The notes beneath the pieces are model-generated. The model worked only from the letters and a program-made list of their open reading frames with translations, was not told the origin of the DNA and made no database searches. 42,094 nt of DNA from Gammaproteobacteria bacterium (GTDB lineage Bacteria; Pseudomonadota; Gammaproteobacteria; Steroidobacterales; GCA-2729495). The DNA lies in contig JAUIEY010000001.1 in the NCBI GenBank assembly GCA_030429685.1, forward strand, positions 1 to 42,094. Reading direction: 5' to 3'. Position 1 is the stretch's first letter, and each line of letters opens with the position of its first letter. Shown one piece after another: positions 7,613 through 15,768 of the stretch. Position numbers and translations under genes: made by a program.

Positions 7613-7972
7613 ATGAAATTCCTGAAAAACCTGCTGGGGCACAAAGAACCGGAAGGTCCGCGGTGGAATATAAAGCCGCCGGAAGACCGTCCCGCGCCGC
7701 GTCGCCGGACAGAGGCGGCCGAGCCTCCCCCTGCGCCACAGAAAAAAGAAAAAAATCCGTTTCTCGATGATGATTTTGAGGAGATGGAACTTGTCAACGA
7801 TGTCGCACCCGTCAAAGTGGACCCGTACGCCAGTAACAGCTGGAAATACGATCAGGACAGCGACACGCGCAAACTGAAAACCCTGCACCTGGTTTCCAAG
7901 GGCGAACAAAAATCCGCAGACGATTTTAATCCCTACGACACGGGTGTATTTCGCCGCGGCTGGAAGGACTGA
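7613..7972 (+). CDS. hypothetical small acidic/proline-rich protein
   Basis: The track ORF starts at TTG 7604. ATG 7613 (MKFLKNLLG) has AAGAGA 9 nt upstream. Low-complexity sequence with three (N/D)P(F/Y) motifs; no family recognised. Confidence 0.5.
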   Translation: MKFLKNLLGHKEPEGPRWNIKPPEDRPAPRRRTEAAEPPPAPQKKEKNPFLDDDFEEMELVNDVAPVKVDPYASNSWKYDQDSDTRKLKTLHLVSKGEQKSADDFNPYDTGVFRRGWKD

Positions 7973-7978
7973 CCAATA

Positions 7979-8752
7979 TCAGTCGCGCGGCGGGCGCGGG
8001 AAAAAAGCACTGGTCTTGCGAATGTAATCGCGATACGCGGGCCGGCGTTCGCTGATATCTTTTTCCAGCAAAGCCACCCCGGATACCTGCAGCAGGAAAA
8101 AACTCAGTAACAACGGCCCCACAGCCGTCCACCAGGCACCTGCGCCGCAGGCAATCAGCCAGAATCCCCACCACAGACAGAACTCGCCAAAATAATTGGG
8201 ATGCCTGGAGTAGCGCCAGACACCGGCATCCATCACCGCATCGCTGTTAGTGCGTTGGCGCAGAAACACCGCCAGCTGATAGTCCGCCAGTGACTCCCAG
8301 ATTAAACCAAAGGCAAACAGCGCTGCTCCCGCAGCATCCAGCCAGCCCAGCGGCGCCGCGCCGGTCACCGCGCCATACAGGGGGACGCCGATAATCCAGG
8401 CCAGCACTGCCTGCAGCAGAAAAACCACGTACAGGCTCTTAAACCAGAACCCGCTGCGCTTGTCGCGCATGGCGGCATAACGACGGTCCTCCGGCTTGCC
8501 CCGGTTGCGCAGGAAAAGATAGCCAAACAGACGCAGTGCCCAGATCCACGCCAGCAGCATCGCCAGATTGGCCCGCGCTGTCGGTTCGTCGGTCACCAGC
8601 CAGTAGGCCGTTCCCGACGCAGCAACCGCGACACCCCAGAACAGATCAATAATCGCCACGTTACGCAGCGGAATGCTGATTAGCCAGAGCACCACCATAA
8701 GGCCGACCGTCGCGGCCAGCCCGGGCAACAAATCAATTAACAGCGCGGTCAT
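7979..8752 (-). CDS. DUF1295 membrane protein (steroid 5-alpha-reductase/ICMT-like fold)
   Basis: 257 aa, multi-helix, C-terminal YSRHPNYFGEFCLWWGFWL motif. Confidence 0.85.
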   Translation of the reverse strand: MTALLIDLLPGLAATVGLMVVLWLISIPLRNVAIIDLFWGVAVAASGTAYWLVTDEPTARANLAMLLAWIWALRLFGYLFLRNRGKPEDRRYAAMRDKRSGFWFKSLYVVFLLQAVLAWIIGVPLYGAVTGAAPLGWLDAAGAALFAFGLIWESLADYQLAVFLRQRTNSDAVMDAGVWRYSRHPNYFGEFCLWWGFWLIACGAGAWWTAVGPLLLSFFLLQVSGVALLEKDISERRPAYRDYIRKTSAFFPRPPRD

Positions 8753-8764
8753 CTGAACAGTAGC

Positions 8765-9823
8765 TTAATTGCCCTGCGGTCGGACAAAGCGATAATGGCC
8801 GACCATCCATTCGGTTCCGCCTTTATAGCCGAACAGCTCGGCAACGGCCATAAAAAACATGCGCCAGCGCTGCAGCCACACCTCTGCCTGGTCAGCCCCG
8901 TAAGCTTCGCTGAGTATCTCGAGTATTTCCTTGCGCTGCCGGTCGGCCCGCTCCAGCCATGCGTTGGAGGTCTTTTCATAGTGCTGCCCGGAAACCCGCC
9001 ACTGATCCTCGATAGTCAGGTGGTCCTGAAAGTAGAGCAAGGTACTTTCCGCCGGCATTAAACCGCCGGTGAAAAAGTATTTGCCCATCCAGTCGTATTC
9101 ACCTTCGGTCGTGAAGGGATACATAAGCTGGCGATGACAGAAAATATGCACGAACAGTTTGCCGCCCGGCACCAGCCAGCCGGCAATGCGCTCCATCAGC
9201 GCACCATAGTTACGCATATGCTCGAACATCTCTATAGAAACAACCCGGTCGAAGCGCTGCTCGGTGGAAAATTCGTTGGCATCGGCGGTGATGACCTCAA
9301 CGTTGCTGACGCCGGCGGCGGCGCAACGGCTCATGATGAACTCGCGTTGCGAATGGGAATTGGACACTGCCGTGATCCGGGCGGCCGGATACTTGCGCGC
9401 CATCCACAGCGTCAGCGAGCCCCAGCCGCAGCCGAGTTCCAGAATTTTCTGCCCGTCAGCCAGTTCCGCGCGTTCACAACTGATATCCAGCATACGCTCT
9501 TCAGCAGCATGTAACCCGTCTGCCAGGTTGCCGGTATAGGCATCGTCCCACCAGCAACAACTGTATTTAAGGTTGTCGCCCAGCACCCGGGCAAAAAAAT
9601 CAGCCGGCAATTCATAGTGCTGCTCGTTGGCCGCATCGGTCTCCAGCGCAATCCGACTGCGGCGCAGGTCATCCAGGTAGGCGCGGAACCGGATAAACTC
9701 CTGCTCACCGCGATCCGCGGATTCCTCGGCCAGCCGCTGCGCCATCAGTCGTCGCATGCCGAAGCGAGCCAGGAAATCCGGTATCCAGCCGTTTTCACAC
9801 AGGTCAATTGCCAGAGTGCTCAT
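8765..9823 (-). CDS. cyclopropane-fatty-acyl-phospholipid synthase-family SAM methyltransferase (short paralog)
   Basis: 352 aa. SAM motif ILELGCGWGSLTLWMA, FDRVVSIEMFEHM, and a CMAS-type C-terminus. Confidence 0.9.
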   Translation of the reverse strand: MSTLAIDLCENGWIPDFLARFGMRRLMAQRLAEESADRGEQEFIRFRAYLDDLRRSRIALETDAANEQHYELPADFFARVLGDNLKYSCCWWDDAYTGNLADGLHAAEERMLDISCERAELADGQKILELGCGWGSLTLWMARKYPAARITAVSNSHSQREFIMSRCAAAGVSNVEVITADANEFSTEQRFDRVVSIEMFEHMRNYGALMERIAGWLVPGGKLFVHIFCHRQLMYPFTTEGEYDWMGKYFFTGGLMPAESTLLYFQDHLTIEDQWRVSGQHYEKTSNAWLERADRQRKEILEILSEAYGADQAEVWLQRWRMFFMAVAELFGYKGGTEWMVGHYRFVRPQGN

Positions 9824-9840
9824 ATCTGTTCCTCTTGTGG

Positions 9841-10437
9841 TTATCCGTTGGCATGGCCACCCAGCATGGCCCGTAAGCGCTGCAGCCAGCCGCCCGCCAC
9901 CGGCAGGTACTCATACAGGCCGGTACTGGCATCCCAGAAATCGCGGTGCAAAAGAACTCTGCCCTGTGCATCAAAGCGAAATTGCGTCACACCATATGAA
10001 ACCAGTGGCGCGCCCCCGCCGATCTTGTCGCTGACAATGGTCATTTTCCAGCGAATGTAATAGTCGTTGTCGGCTTTTGCCACGTGCATGAAGTCCACTT
10101 TCAGTTCATCCACGTCGGCTGCTGCCTTGACAAAATAATCCTGAATTACGGGCTGGCCGCGCAACGCCACGACGTTGTCGTACAGCAATGCATCCGGCGC
10201 ATAGACCTGCGCGGCCGATGCGGTCACCGAAGCAGCCGTCATGCTGGCGAAAAAATCCTGCAACTGACCCAGTGCCGCTATTTCTGCCTCGCTGTCGGTA
10301 TCAAACAGAACCGCCTGACCGGCTGTCTCGAGCAGCGCCTGCTCGTAGATTGAATTCAGATCGGCGGCTGACTGCACGTCAGGATCGCTGCAACCTGCAA
10401 CTAGCAGAATGCAAATGATCAGCAGGCTTGAACGCAT
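9841..10437 (-). CDS. NTF2/SnoaL-like lipoprotein
   Basis: 198 aa. Lipobox LLVAGC at residues 11-16. The C-terminal part YYIRWKMTI...VTQFRFDAQGRVLLHRDFWD looks like an NTF2-like fold. Confidence 0.7.
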   Translation of the reverse strand: MRSSLLIICILLVAGCSDPDVQSAADLNSIYEQALLETAGQAVLFDTDSEAEIAALGQLQDFFASMTAASVTASAAQVYAPDALLYDNVVALRGQPVIQDYFVKAAADVDELKVDFMHVAKADNDYYIRWKMTIVSDKIGGGAPLVSYGVTQFRFDAQGRVLLHRDFWDASTGLYEYLPVAGGWLQRLRAMLGGHANG

Positions 10438-10480
10438 GGCATTTTCCGTTCTCGTCTTGAAAGGGTTACATTAGTTCAGG

Positions 10481-10509
10481 GTTTCGTGGCTGCAGGCCTT
10501 ACAGATTCA
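10481..10509 (-). promoter_or_regulatory. candidate ECF-type promoter for the NTF2-lipoprotein/CMAS/DUF1295 operon (TGAATC-N17-CGAAAC)
   Basis: Minus strand reads TGAATC (10509-10504), a 17-nt spacer, then CGAAAC (10486-10481), about 45 nt upstream of the start at 10437. It is the mirror image of the plus-strand element. Confidence 0.4.
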
Positions 10510-10520
10510 GGCCCTGAATC
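10504..10520. repeat. 17-nt perfect palindrome GATTCAGG-C-CCTGAATC
   Basis: Read directly. The 8-nt arms are exact reverse complements around C10512. It lies in the centre of the divergent intergenic region. Confidence 0.9.
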
Positions 10521-10543
10521 CGAAGGGGCCGGCCGCTCGAAAA
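10515..10543 (+). promoter_or_regulatory. candidate ECF-type promoter for the FAD-oxidoreductase/DUF1365/CFA-synthase operon (TGAATC-N17-CGAAAA)
   Basis: TGAATC (10515-10520), a 17-nt spacer, CGAAAA (10538-10543). RBS GGGGAGG at 10562-10568 and TTG start at 10575. Confidence 0.4.
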
Positions 10544-10574
10544 TCACCTTAACACTCATTCGGGGAGGCAAATC

Positions 10575-11828
10575 TTGCGTCTGGCAATTATAGGCGGCGG
10601 CATATCCGGCTTGTATGCAGCCCGTTTGCTCCATGAGCAGCATGACGTCACGGTATTCGAGGCAGGCGCCTATGCCGGCGGTCACACAAATACCGTGGAT
10701 GTCAGTATTGACGGGGTCGAGGTGGCCGTTGATACCGGCTTTATCGTCCACAACGATCGCAACTATCCGCTGTTCATTGCCCTGATGCAGGAGCTGGGCG
10801 TGGCCACCCAGGACAGCGAAATGAGCTTCAGCATGACCTGCGACAACAACGGGCTGGAGTATTGCGGGTCCTCGCTCAATACGCTGTTTGCCCAGCGCCG
10901 CAACCTCGCCAGCCCGCGATTTCTTGGCATGCTGCGGGATATCCTGCGCTTTAACAGGCTGACAGACCGCTTATTGCAGGCGCCCGCCGGCCAAAACCTT
11001 GCTGACTTTCTGGAATATCATCAGTTCAGTGGTGCGCTGGTTGACGACTATCTGGTACCCATGGCCGCCGCCATCTGGTCGTCGGATCCGGCCGAAATCC
11101 TCGATTTTCCGGCGGCCTACTTTGGCCATTTTTTTAACAATCACGGCCTCCTCAGCATTAATAACCGGCCGCAGTGGCGAACCATCCCCGGCGGGTCGAG
11201 AAACTATGTGCAGCCGCTGATCGCGCCGTTTCGTGAGCACGTGCTGCTGAATACATCGATCGCGCGGGTCGAGCGTGACGCGGCGGGCGTCACTCTGATC
11301 GACGGCGATAACCAGCACAGCAGGTTTGATGCCGCGATATTTGCCTGTCACAGCGACCAGGCGCTGCGCATGCTGGCCTCGCCGACGGCTGCCGAAACGG
11401 CCGTGCTGGGCGCGATTCCCTACCAGCCCAATGAAGCAATCCTGCACACGGATATCAGCCTGATGCCGCGGCGGCAGCGGGCCTGGGCCTCCTGGAACTA
11501 CCACCGCTTTGCCGACAATAACGGTCAGGTTTGTGTGACCTATGACATGACCCGCCTGCAGCACCTGGAGGCCCCGCAGCGGCTGCTGGTAAGCCTCAAT
11601 GCAGCGGACCGCATAGCGCCGCAGCGGATATTGCGGCGAATTGACTACCACCATCCGGTCTACAACAGTCACAGTGTGGCCGCGCGGGCACGCTGGCAGG
11701 AAATCAGCGGGGTTAACAGGTCATACTATTGCGGCGCGTATTGGGGCTACGGCTTCCATGAGGACGGCATGCGCAGCGCCGTGGCGGCAGTGGACCAACT
11801 CAGCGCACAGCTGAGTGCCGCTGCCTGA
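10575..11828 (+). CDS. FAD-dependent oxidoreductase (amine-oxidase/desaturase-like)
   Basis: 417 aa, TTG start. Dinucleotide fold MRLAIIGGGISGLYAARLL...VFEA; C-terminal YCGAYWGYGFHEDG is typical of the family that precedes DUF1365. Confidence 0.9.
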   Translation: MRLAIIGGGISGLYAARLLHEQHDVTVFEAGAYAGGHTNTVDVSIDGVEVAVDTGFIVHNDRNYPLFIALMQELGVATQDSEMSFSMTCDNNGLEYCGSSLNTLFAQRRNLASPRFLGMLRDILRFNRLTDRLLQAPAGQNLADFLEYHQFSGALVDDYLVPMAAAIWSSDPAEILDFPAAYFGHFFNNHGLLSINNRPQWRTIPGGSRNYVQPLIAPFREHVLLNTSIARVERDAAGVTLIDGDNQHSRFDAAIFACHSDQALRMLASPTAAETAVLGAIPYQPNEAILHTDISLMPRRQRAWASWNYHRFADNNGQVCVTYDMTRLQHLEAPQRLLVSLNAADRIAPQRILRRIDYHHPVYNSHSVAARARWQEISGVNRSYYCGAYWGYGFHEDGMRSAVAAVDQLSAQLSAAA

Positions 11829-11853
11829 ACCGGCGCCACGACCGGATAACAAC

Positions 11854-12639
11854 ATGACAGACAAGCCTCGCAACAGTTGCATATATAAAGGAAGCGTCAG
11901 CCATGCCCGCTACGGACAGGCTGCCAATGCATTTCGCTATCGCATCTTTATGCTGCTGCTGGACCTTGACGAGATCGACACACTGTTTGACCGCTACTGG
12001 CTGTGGTCCGCCCACCGGCCTGCGGTGGCGCGCTTCCGGCGCAGCGATCACTATGGCGACCCGACCGAACCGCTCGATGTCACCATTCGCGACCTGGTGG
12101 AGTCACAGACAGGCCGGCGGCCTGAAGGCTCCATCCGCTTGCTGACACATGTCAGCTATTTCGGCCACTGCTTCAATCCATTGAGCATCTACTATTGTTA
12201 TGACGCTGAGGGCAGCCTGCAGGACACGGTGCTGGAAGTCAGCAACACGCCGTGGGGCGAACAGCATTGCTATGTGCTGGGTCGCGAACAGAACCGCGCG
12301 CAACGCGGTCATCATTTTCGCTTCAACAAAGATTTTCATGTCTCGCCGTTTCTGCCCATGGAAATGGAATACAACTGCCGCCTGACGTCCCCGGCCGATC
12401 ACCTGTACGTCGGACTCGATAATTACCGCAGCGGCCGCAAGGTATTCGGCTCAAAACTGGCGCTGGAGCGAATGGAAATCACGCCGCGCAGCATGGCTGT
12501 CACGTTATTGCGCGACCCCTTCGTAACGCTGCGTGTGGTAGCACTGATTCACTGGCAGGCCATCAAGCTATGGCTGAAAAAGGCACCGCTTTTTACCCAT
12601 CCGGAAAAAACAACCAAGGAAAACCTGCAAAATGGCTGA
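11854..12639 (+). CDS. DUF1365 family protein
   Basis: An ATG at 11854 gives MTDKPRNSCIYKGSVSHARYGQAANAFRYRIFMLLLDLDEID, the characteristic DUF1365 N-terminus. The track's GTG at 11815 is the alternative start. Confidence 0.85.
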   Translation: MTDKPRNSCIYKGSVSHARYGQAANAFRYRIFMLLLDLDEIDTLFDRYWLWSAHRPAVARFRRSDHYGDPTEPLDVTIRDLVESQTGRRPEGSIRLLTHVSYFGHCFNPLSIYYCYDAEGSLQDTVLEVSNTPWGEQHCYVLGREQNRAQRGHHFRFNKDFHVSPFLPMEMEYNCRLTSPADHLYVGLDNYRSGRKVFGSKLALERMEITPRSMAVTLLRDPFVTLRVVALIHWQAIKLWLKKAPLFTHPEKTTKENLQNG

Positions 12640-13921
12640 CGGATCCGAAAGAGCAGTTGAAATAGGTATAGCTGACGACACCCTGCAAAAATCCGGCGGA
12701 AGCTGGCGCTTCGCGTCGCCGATTCGCAAAGCAGTGTTGGCCAAACTTGCCGGCATAGAGCGTGGCGAAATTGAAATCCGTGAAGCCGGCCAGACGCTGG
12801 TTGTCGGCAAGGCAAGCGACGATTTTTCATTGCGTGTCACCGTGCAGGTCCATGACCCTTCGCTTTACAAAGACATTGCGATGAACGGTTCTATCGGCGC
12901 GGCAGAATCGTATATGGCCGGAAAATGGAGCGTTTCGGACCTGACCGACATTGTGCGCATTTTTGCGGCCAACCCGGATACGCTGAACTCGATCGATACC
13001 GGGTCGTCGCGCATCTTCAGCTGGCTGCTGCGGCTCGATCATCGCCTGCGCGCCAATTCGCGGCGGCAAAGCCGCAAAAATATTCATGCCCACTATGATC
13101 TCGGTGATTCACTGTTCGAGCTGTTTCTCGATCCGACCATGAGCTACTCCTCGGCGGTGTACCCGGATCCGGATGCAACCCTCGAGGAAGCGGCGCTGCA
13201 CAAGCTGGATCTGGTTTGCCGCAAACTGCACTTGCAGCCCGGCGACCACCTGCTGGAAATAGGCACGGGCTGGGGCGGCCTGGCGGCGCATGCGGCGGCC
13301 GAGTATGGCTGTCAGGTCACCACCACTACCATCTCCGACAACCAGTACCAGATGGCGCTGCAACGGGTCCGCGCGCAGGGCCTGGAAGACCGCGTCACGG
13401 TGCTGAAAAAAGACTACCGCGACCTCGATGGCCAGTTCGACAAACTGGTGTCCATCGAAATGATTGAAGCCGTTGGCCACGAATATATGGACACTTACCT
13501 GCGTACCTGCAGCGAGCGGCTGAAACCCGAGGGCCGTGCCCTGATTCAGGCGATCCTGATGAATGACCAGAATTTCGACAGCTATATCAAGTCCGTGGAC
13601 TTTATCCAGAAATATATTTTCCCCGGCGGCGCGCTGCCTTCAATGGGTTCCCTGACACGCTCACTGAAACGGGCCACCGACCTGCAGATTGCCGATTTCC
13701 ACGACATCACCACCGACTATGCGCGCACACTGCGGGACTGGCGCGCACGTTTCATGCACAAACTGCGCGATGTCCGCTCCCTCGGGTATCCCGAAGAGTT
13801 TATTCGCATGTGGGAATACTATTTGTGTTACTGCGAAGGCGGCTTCAGTGAACGCGCCATTTCGACGGCACAGATCGTGCTCGACAAACCCCGTTGCCGG
13901 CTGCAGAGCATGCGTGCCTGA
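12632..13921 (+). CDS. cyclopropane-fatty-acyl-phospholipid synthase (long paralog)
   Basis: 429 aa. HYDLGDSLFELFLDPTMSYSSAVY, LLEIGTGWGGLA, FDKLVSIEMIEAVGHEY and WEYYLCYCEGGF are all classic CFA-synthase motifs. It overlaps DUF1365 by 8 nt. Confidence 0.9.
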   Translation: MADGSERAVEIGIADDTLQKSGGSWRFASPIRKAVLAKLAGIERGEIEIREAGQTLVVGKASDDFSLRVTVQVHDPSLYKDIAMNGSIGAAESYMAGKWSVSDLTDIVRIFAANPDTLNSIDTGSSRIFSWLLRLDHRLRANSRRQSRKNIHAHYDLGDSLFELFLDPTMSYSSAVYPDPDATLEEAALHKLDLVCRKLHLQPGDHLLEIGTGWGGLAAHAAAEYGCQVTTTTISDNQYQMALQRVRAQGLEDRVTVLKKDYRDLDGQFDKLVSIEMIEAVGHEYMDTYLRTCSERLKPEGRALIQAILMNDQNFDSYIKSVDFIQKYIFPGGALPSMGSLTRSLKRATDLQIADFHDITTDYARTLRDWRARFMHKLRDVRSLGYPEEFIRMWEYYLCYCEGGFSERAISTAQIVLDKPRCRLQSMRA

Positions 13922-13930
13922 ACGCAGATA

Positions 13931-13952
13931 CCGGGCACAAAAAAGTGCCCGG
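13931..13952 (+). terminator. stem-loop CCGGGCAC-AAAAAA-GTGCCCGG just after the CFA synthase stop (no U tract)
   Basis: 8-bp perfect stem with a 6-nt loop, read directly. The lack of a T-run makes intrinsic termination uncertain. Confidence 0.4.
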
Positions 13953-14223
13953 TAAGCGGGCCCGTAAAGAGGACGAACGGGCCGGCTTTCGGGCACAAGA
14001 GGAAACACGGGCCGGGCCGAACCCGGCGATCAGGCCTCTCACCTGCTGTACTCACTACCGGCTTGACTCAATCCGGCCACCTGCCCAGACTGGTCAGCGC
14101 CGCGTCAGAACTCCACTAGATAACGCCGCACCGGTAACGTGCTGCGTAAGCTAACAGCCGCTGCCGCACCCAGACATCATTCAAATTGATGAATTTTATT
14201 TTTCTTATAATTTTCTGATACTT

Positions 14224-14700
14224 ATGACTAATATCATCAAGCGCACGACCCTGATAGTCAGGGATATTGAAGCCTCCCGGCAGTGGTACGAGCAGGTACT
14301 GGACATGTCCGTCTACTACGACGACGAGGTCGTGCTCTCCGGCGTGGGCTTCGCCGCCGGCCAGGCGGGCGACCGCACCCACCTGCTCATCATGCAGGCG
14401 GCAGACCCGGAAATCGGCATGATCGGCCTGCTGCAGTGGATAGATCCGCCCATGGCGGCCCCCGCAGAAATCCCCACCAGCGTGACTTTCGGTAATCCGA
14501 CTTTCGTGGTGCGTTCCGACGATTCGCGCGGCGCATGGGAAGCAGCCAAAGCGCTGGGGACGCATGTGCATGCCGAGCCGCACGAATGGTCCATCAAAGG
14601 CGCGGACGGACTGATGAAACATTTTATTGGCGTCAGCCTGTTCGACCCCGACGGCTACTTTTACGAACTCAATCAGCTGCAACGGGAAAGCGCCGCCTGA
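14224..14700 (+). CDS. VOC (glyoxalase/bleomycin-resistance/dioxygenase) family protein
   Basis: 158 aa. RTTLIVRDIEASRQWYEQVLDM N-terminal beta-alpha-beta module and a C-terminal DPDGYFYELNQ. Confidence 0.8.
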   Translation: MTNIIKRTTLIVRDIEASRQWYEQVLDMSVYYDDEVVLSGVGFAAGQAGDRTHLLIMQAADPEIGMIGLLQWIDPPMAAPAEIPTSVTFGNPTFVVRSDDSRGAWEAAKALGTHVHAEPHEWSIKGADGLMKHFIGVSLFDPDGYFYELNQLQRESAA

Positions 14701-15758
14701 TGCGGGAAGACGTCAACCTGCAATGGCGGATTGCAGCGCGACCACAGGGCAACGTGCGCAGCGAGGATTTTGAGTTGCACGAATGCCCCGTTCCGCAACC
14801 GGGTGACGGCGAGTTTTTGTTGCGTACCCTGTACCTGGGTGTTCGTCCGGTCATGCGTATGTACATGCAGGGCTTGCCCGCTGCCGGCGAAACACCGCTT
14901 GATATAGGCGACGTTATCCATGGACGCGGCGTCGGCCAGGTCGTCGCCAGCCGGCATGCCGACTATCAACCCGGTGATATTGTGCAGGGTCAGCTGGGCT
15001 GGCAGACCTGGAAGGTCTCGCGGGGCAGCGCTGCGGAGCGCTTCATTAAAATGCCGGCCGGCGCACCCTGCGTGCACGGCGCCGGCGCCACCGGCATGAA
15101 CGGCTTCAGCGCCTATTTTGGTCTGCTCGACTGCGGTCGACCACAGGCCGGCGAAACGGTACTGGTTTCAGCCGCTGCCGGCGGCGTGGGCAGCACAGTG
15201 GTGCAGCTCGCGCGCATCCTCGGTTGCCGGGTCATTGGTATTGCCGGCGGCGCCGCCAAATGCCGACTGCTGCAACAGCTCGGTTGCGCGGCCAGCATCG
15301 ACTACAAGAACGAAGCCGTCGCAGCGCGGATCGCCGAGCTGTGCCCCGATGGAATAGACGTCTATTTCGACAATGTCGGCGGCGAAACGCTGAGCGCCGT
15401 ACTGGAAAATCTGGCCATGCATGCGCGCATTGTCCTGTGCGGATCCATTTCGGAATACATGCGTGACACGCCCTTCGGCCTTACCAACTACACGCGCCTG
15501 CGCGCGGTCAACGGCTGCATGCAGGGATTTTTTGTTTACAACTACGCGGAGCGTTTTGCTGAGGCCGGCCGCCGGCTGGCGGACTGGATCAGCAGCGGGC
15601 AGCTGCAGCCGGTACAGAGCATTGTCGAGGGTTTCGAGAACATGCCACAGGCCCTGGCCGACCTTTACGACGGCTCCAATGCGGGCATACAGATTTGCCG
15701 CGTGCGCGGAGAACCTTCAGAATGTGCGCCTGTTCCCGACAACGTTCTGCAGCCCTGA
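14700..15758 (+). CDS. NADP-dependent oxidoreductase, MDR family (YncB / alkenal-one reductase-like)
   Basis: The internal ATG at 14700 (TGATG overlap with the VOC stop) gives MREDVNLQWRIAARPQGNVRSEDFEL. It has a VLVSAAAGGVGSTVVQLA Rossmann motif and a YFDNVGGE motif. The track's longer N-terminus overlaps the upstream gene. Confidence 0.85.
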   Translation: MREDVNLQWRIAARPQGNVRSEDFELHECPVPQPGDGEFLLRTLYLGVRPVMRMYMQGLPAAGETPLDIGDVIHGRGVGQVVASRHADYQPGDIVQGQLGWQTWKVSRGSAAERFIKMPAGAPCVHGAGATGMNGFSAYFGLLDCGRPQAGETVLVSAAAGGVGSTVVQLARILGCRVIGIAGGAAKCRLLQQLGCAASIDYKNEAVAARIAELCPDGIDVYFDNVGGETLSAVLENLAMHARIVLCGSISEYMRDTPFGLTNYTRLRAVNGCMQGFFVYNYAERFAEAGRRLADWISSGQLQPVQSIVEGFENMPQALADLYDGSNAGIQICRVRGEPSECAPVPDNVLQP

Positions 15759-15768
15759 GTCCACAGCG

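Noticed and set aside
13894-14154. An 86-aa ORF, plus overlapping minus-strand ORFs (13828..14055, 13845..14042), in the spacer between the CFA synthase and the VOC operon.
   Set aside because: They have a basic, low-complexity composition and no RBS. They run straight through hairpin-forming repeats, so the region is better explained as structured non-coding sequence.
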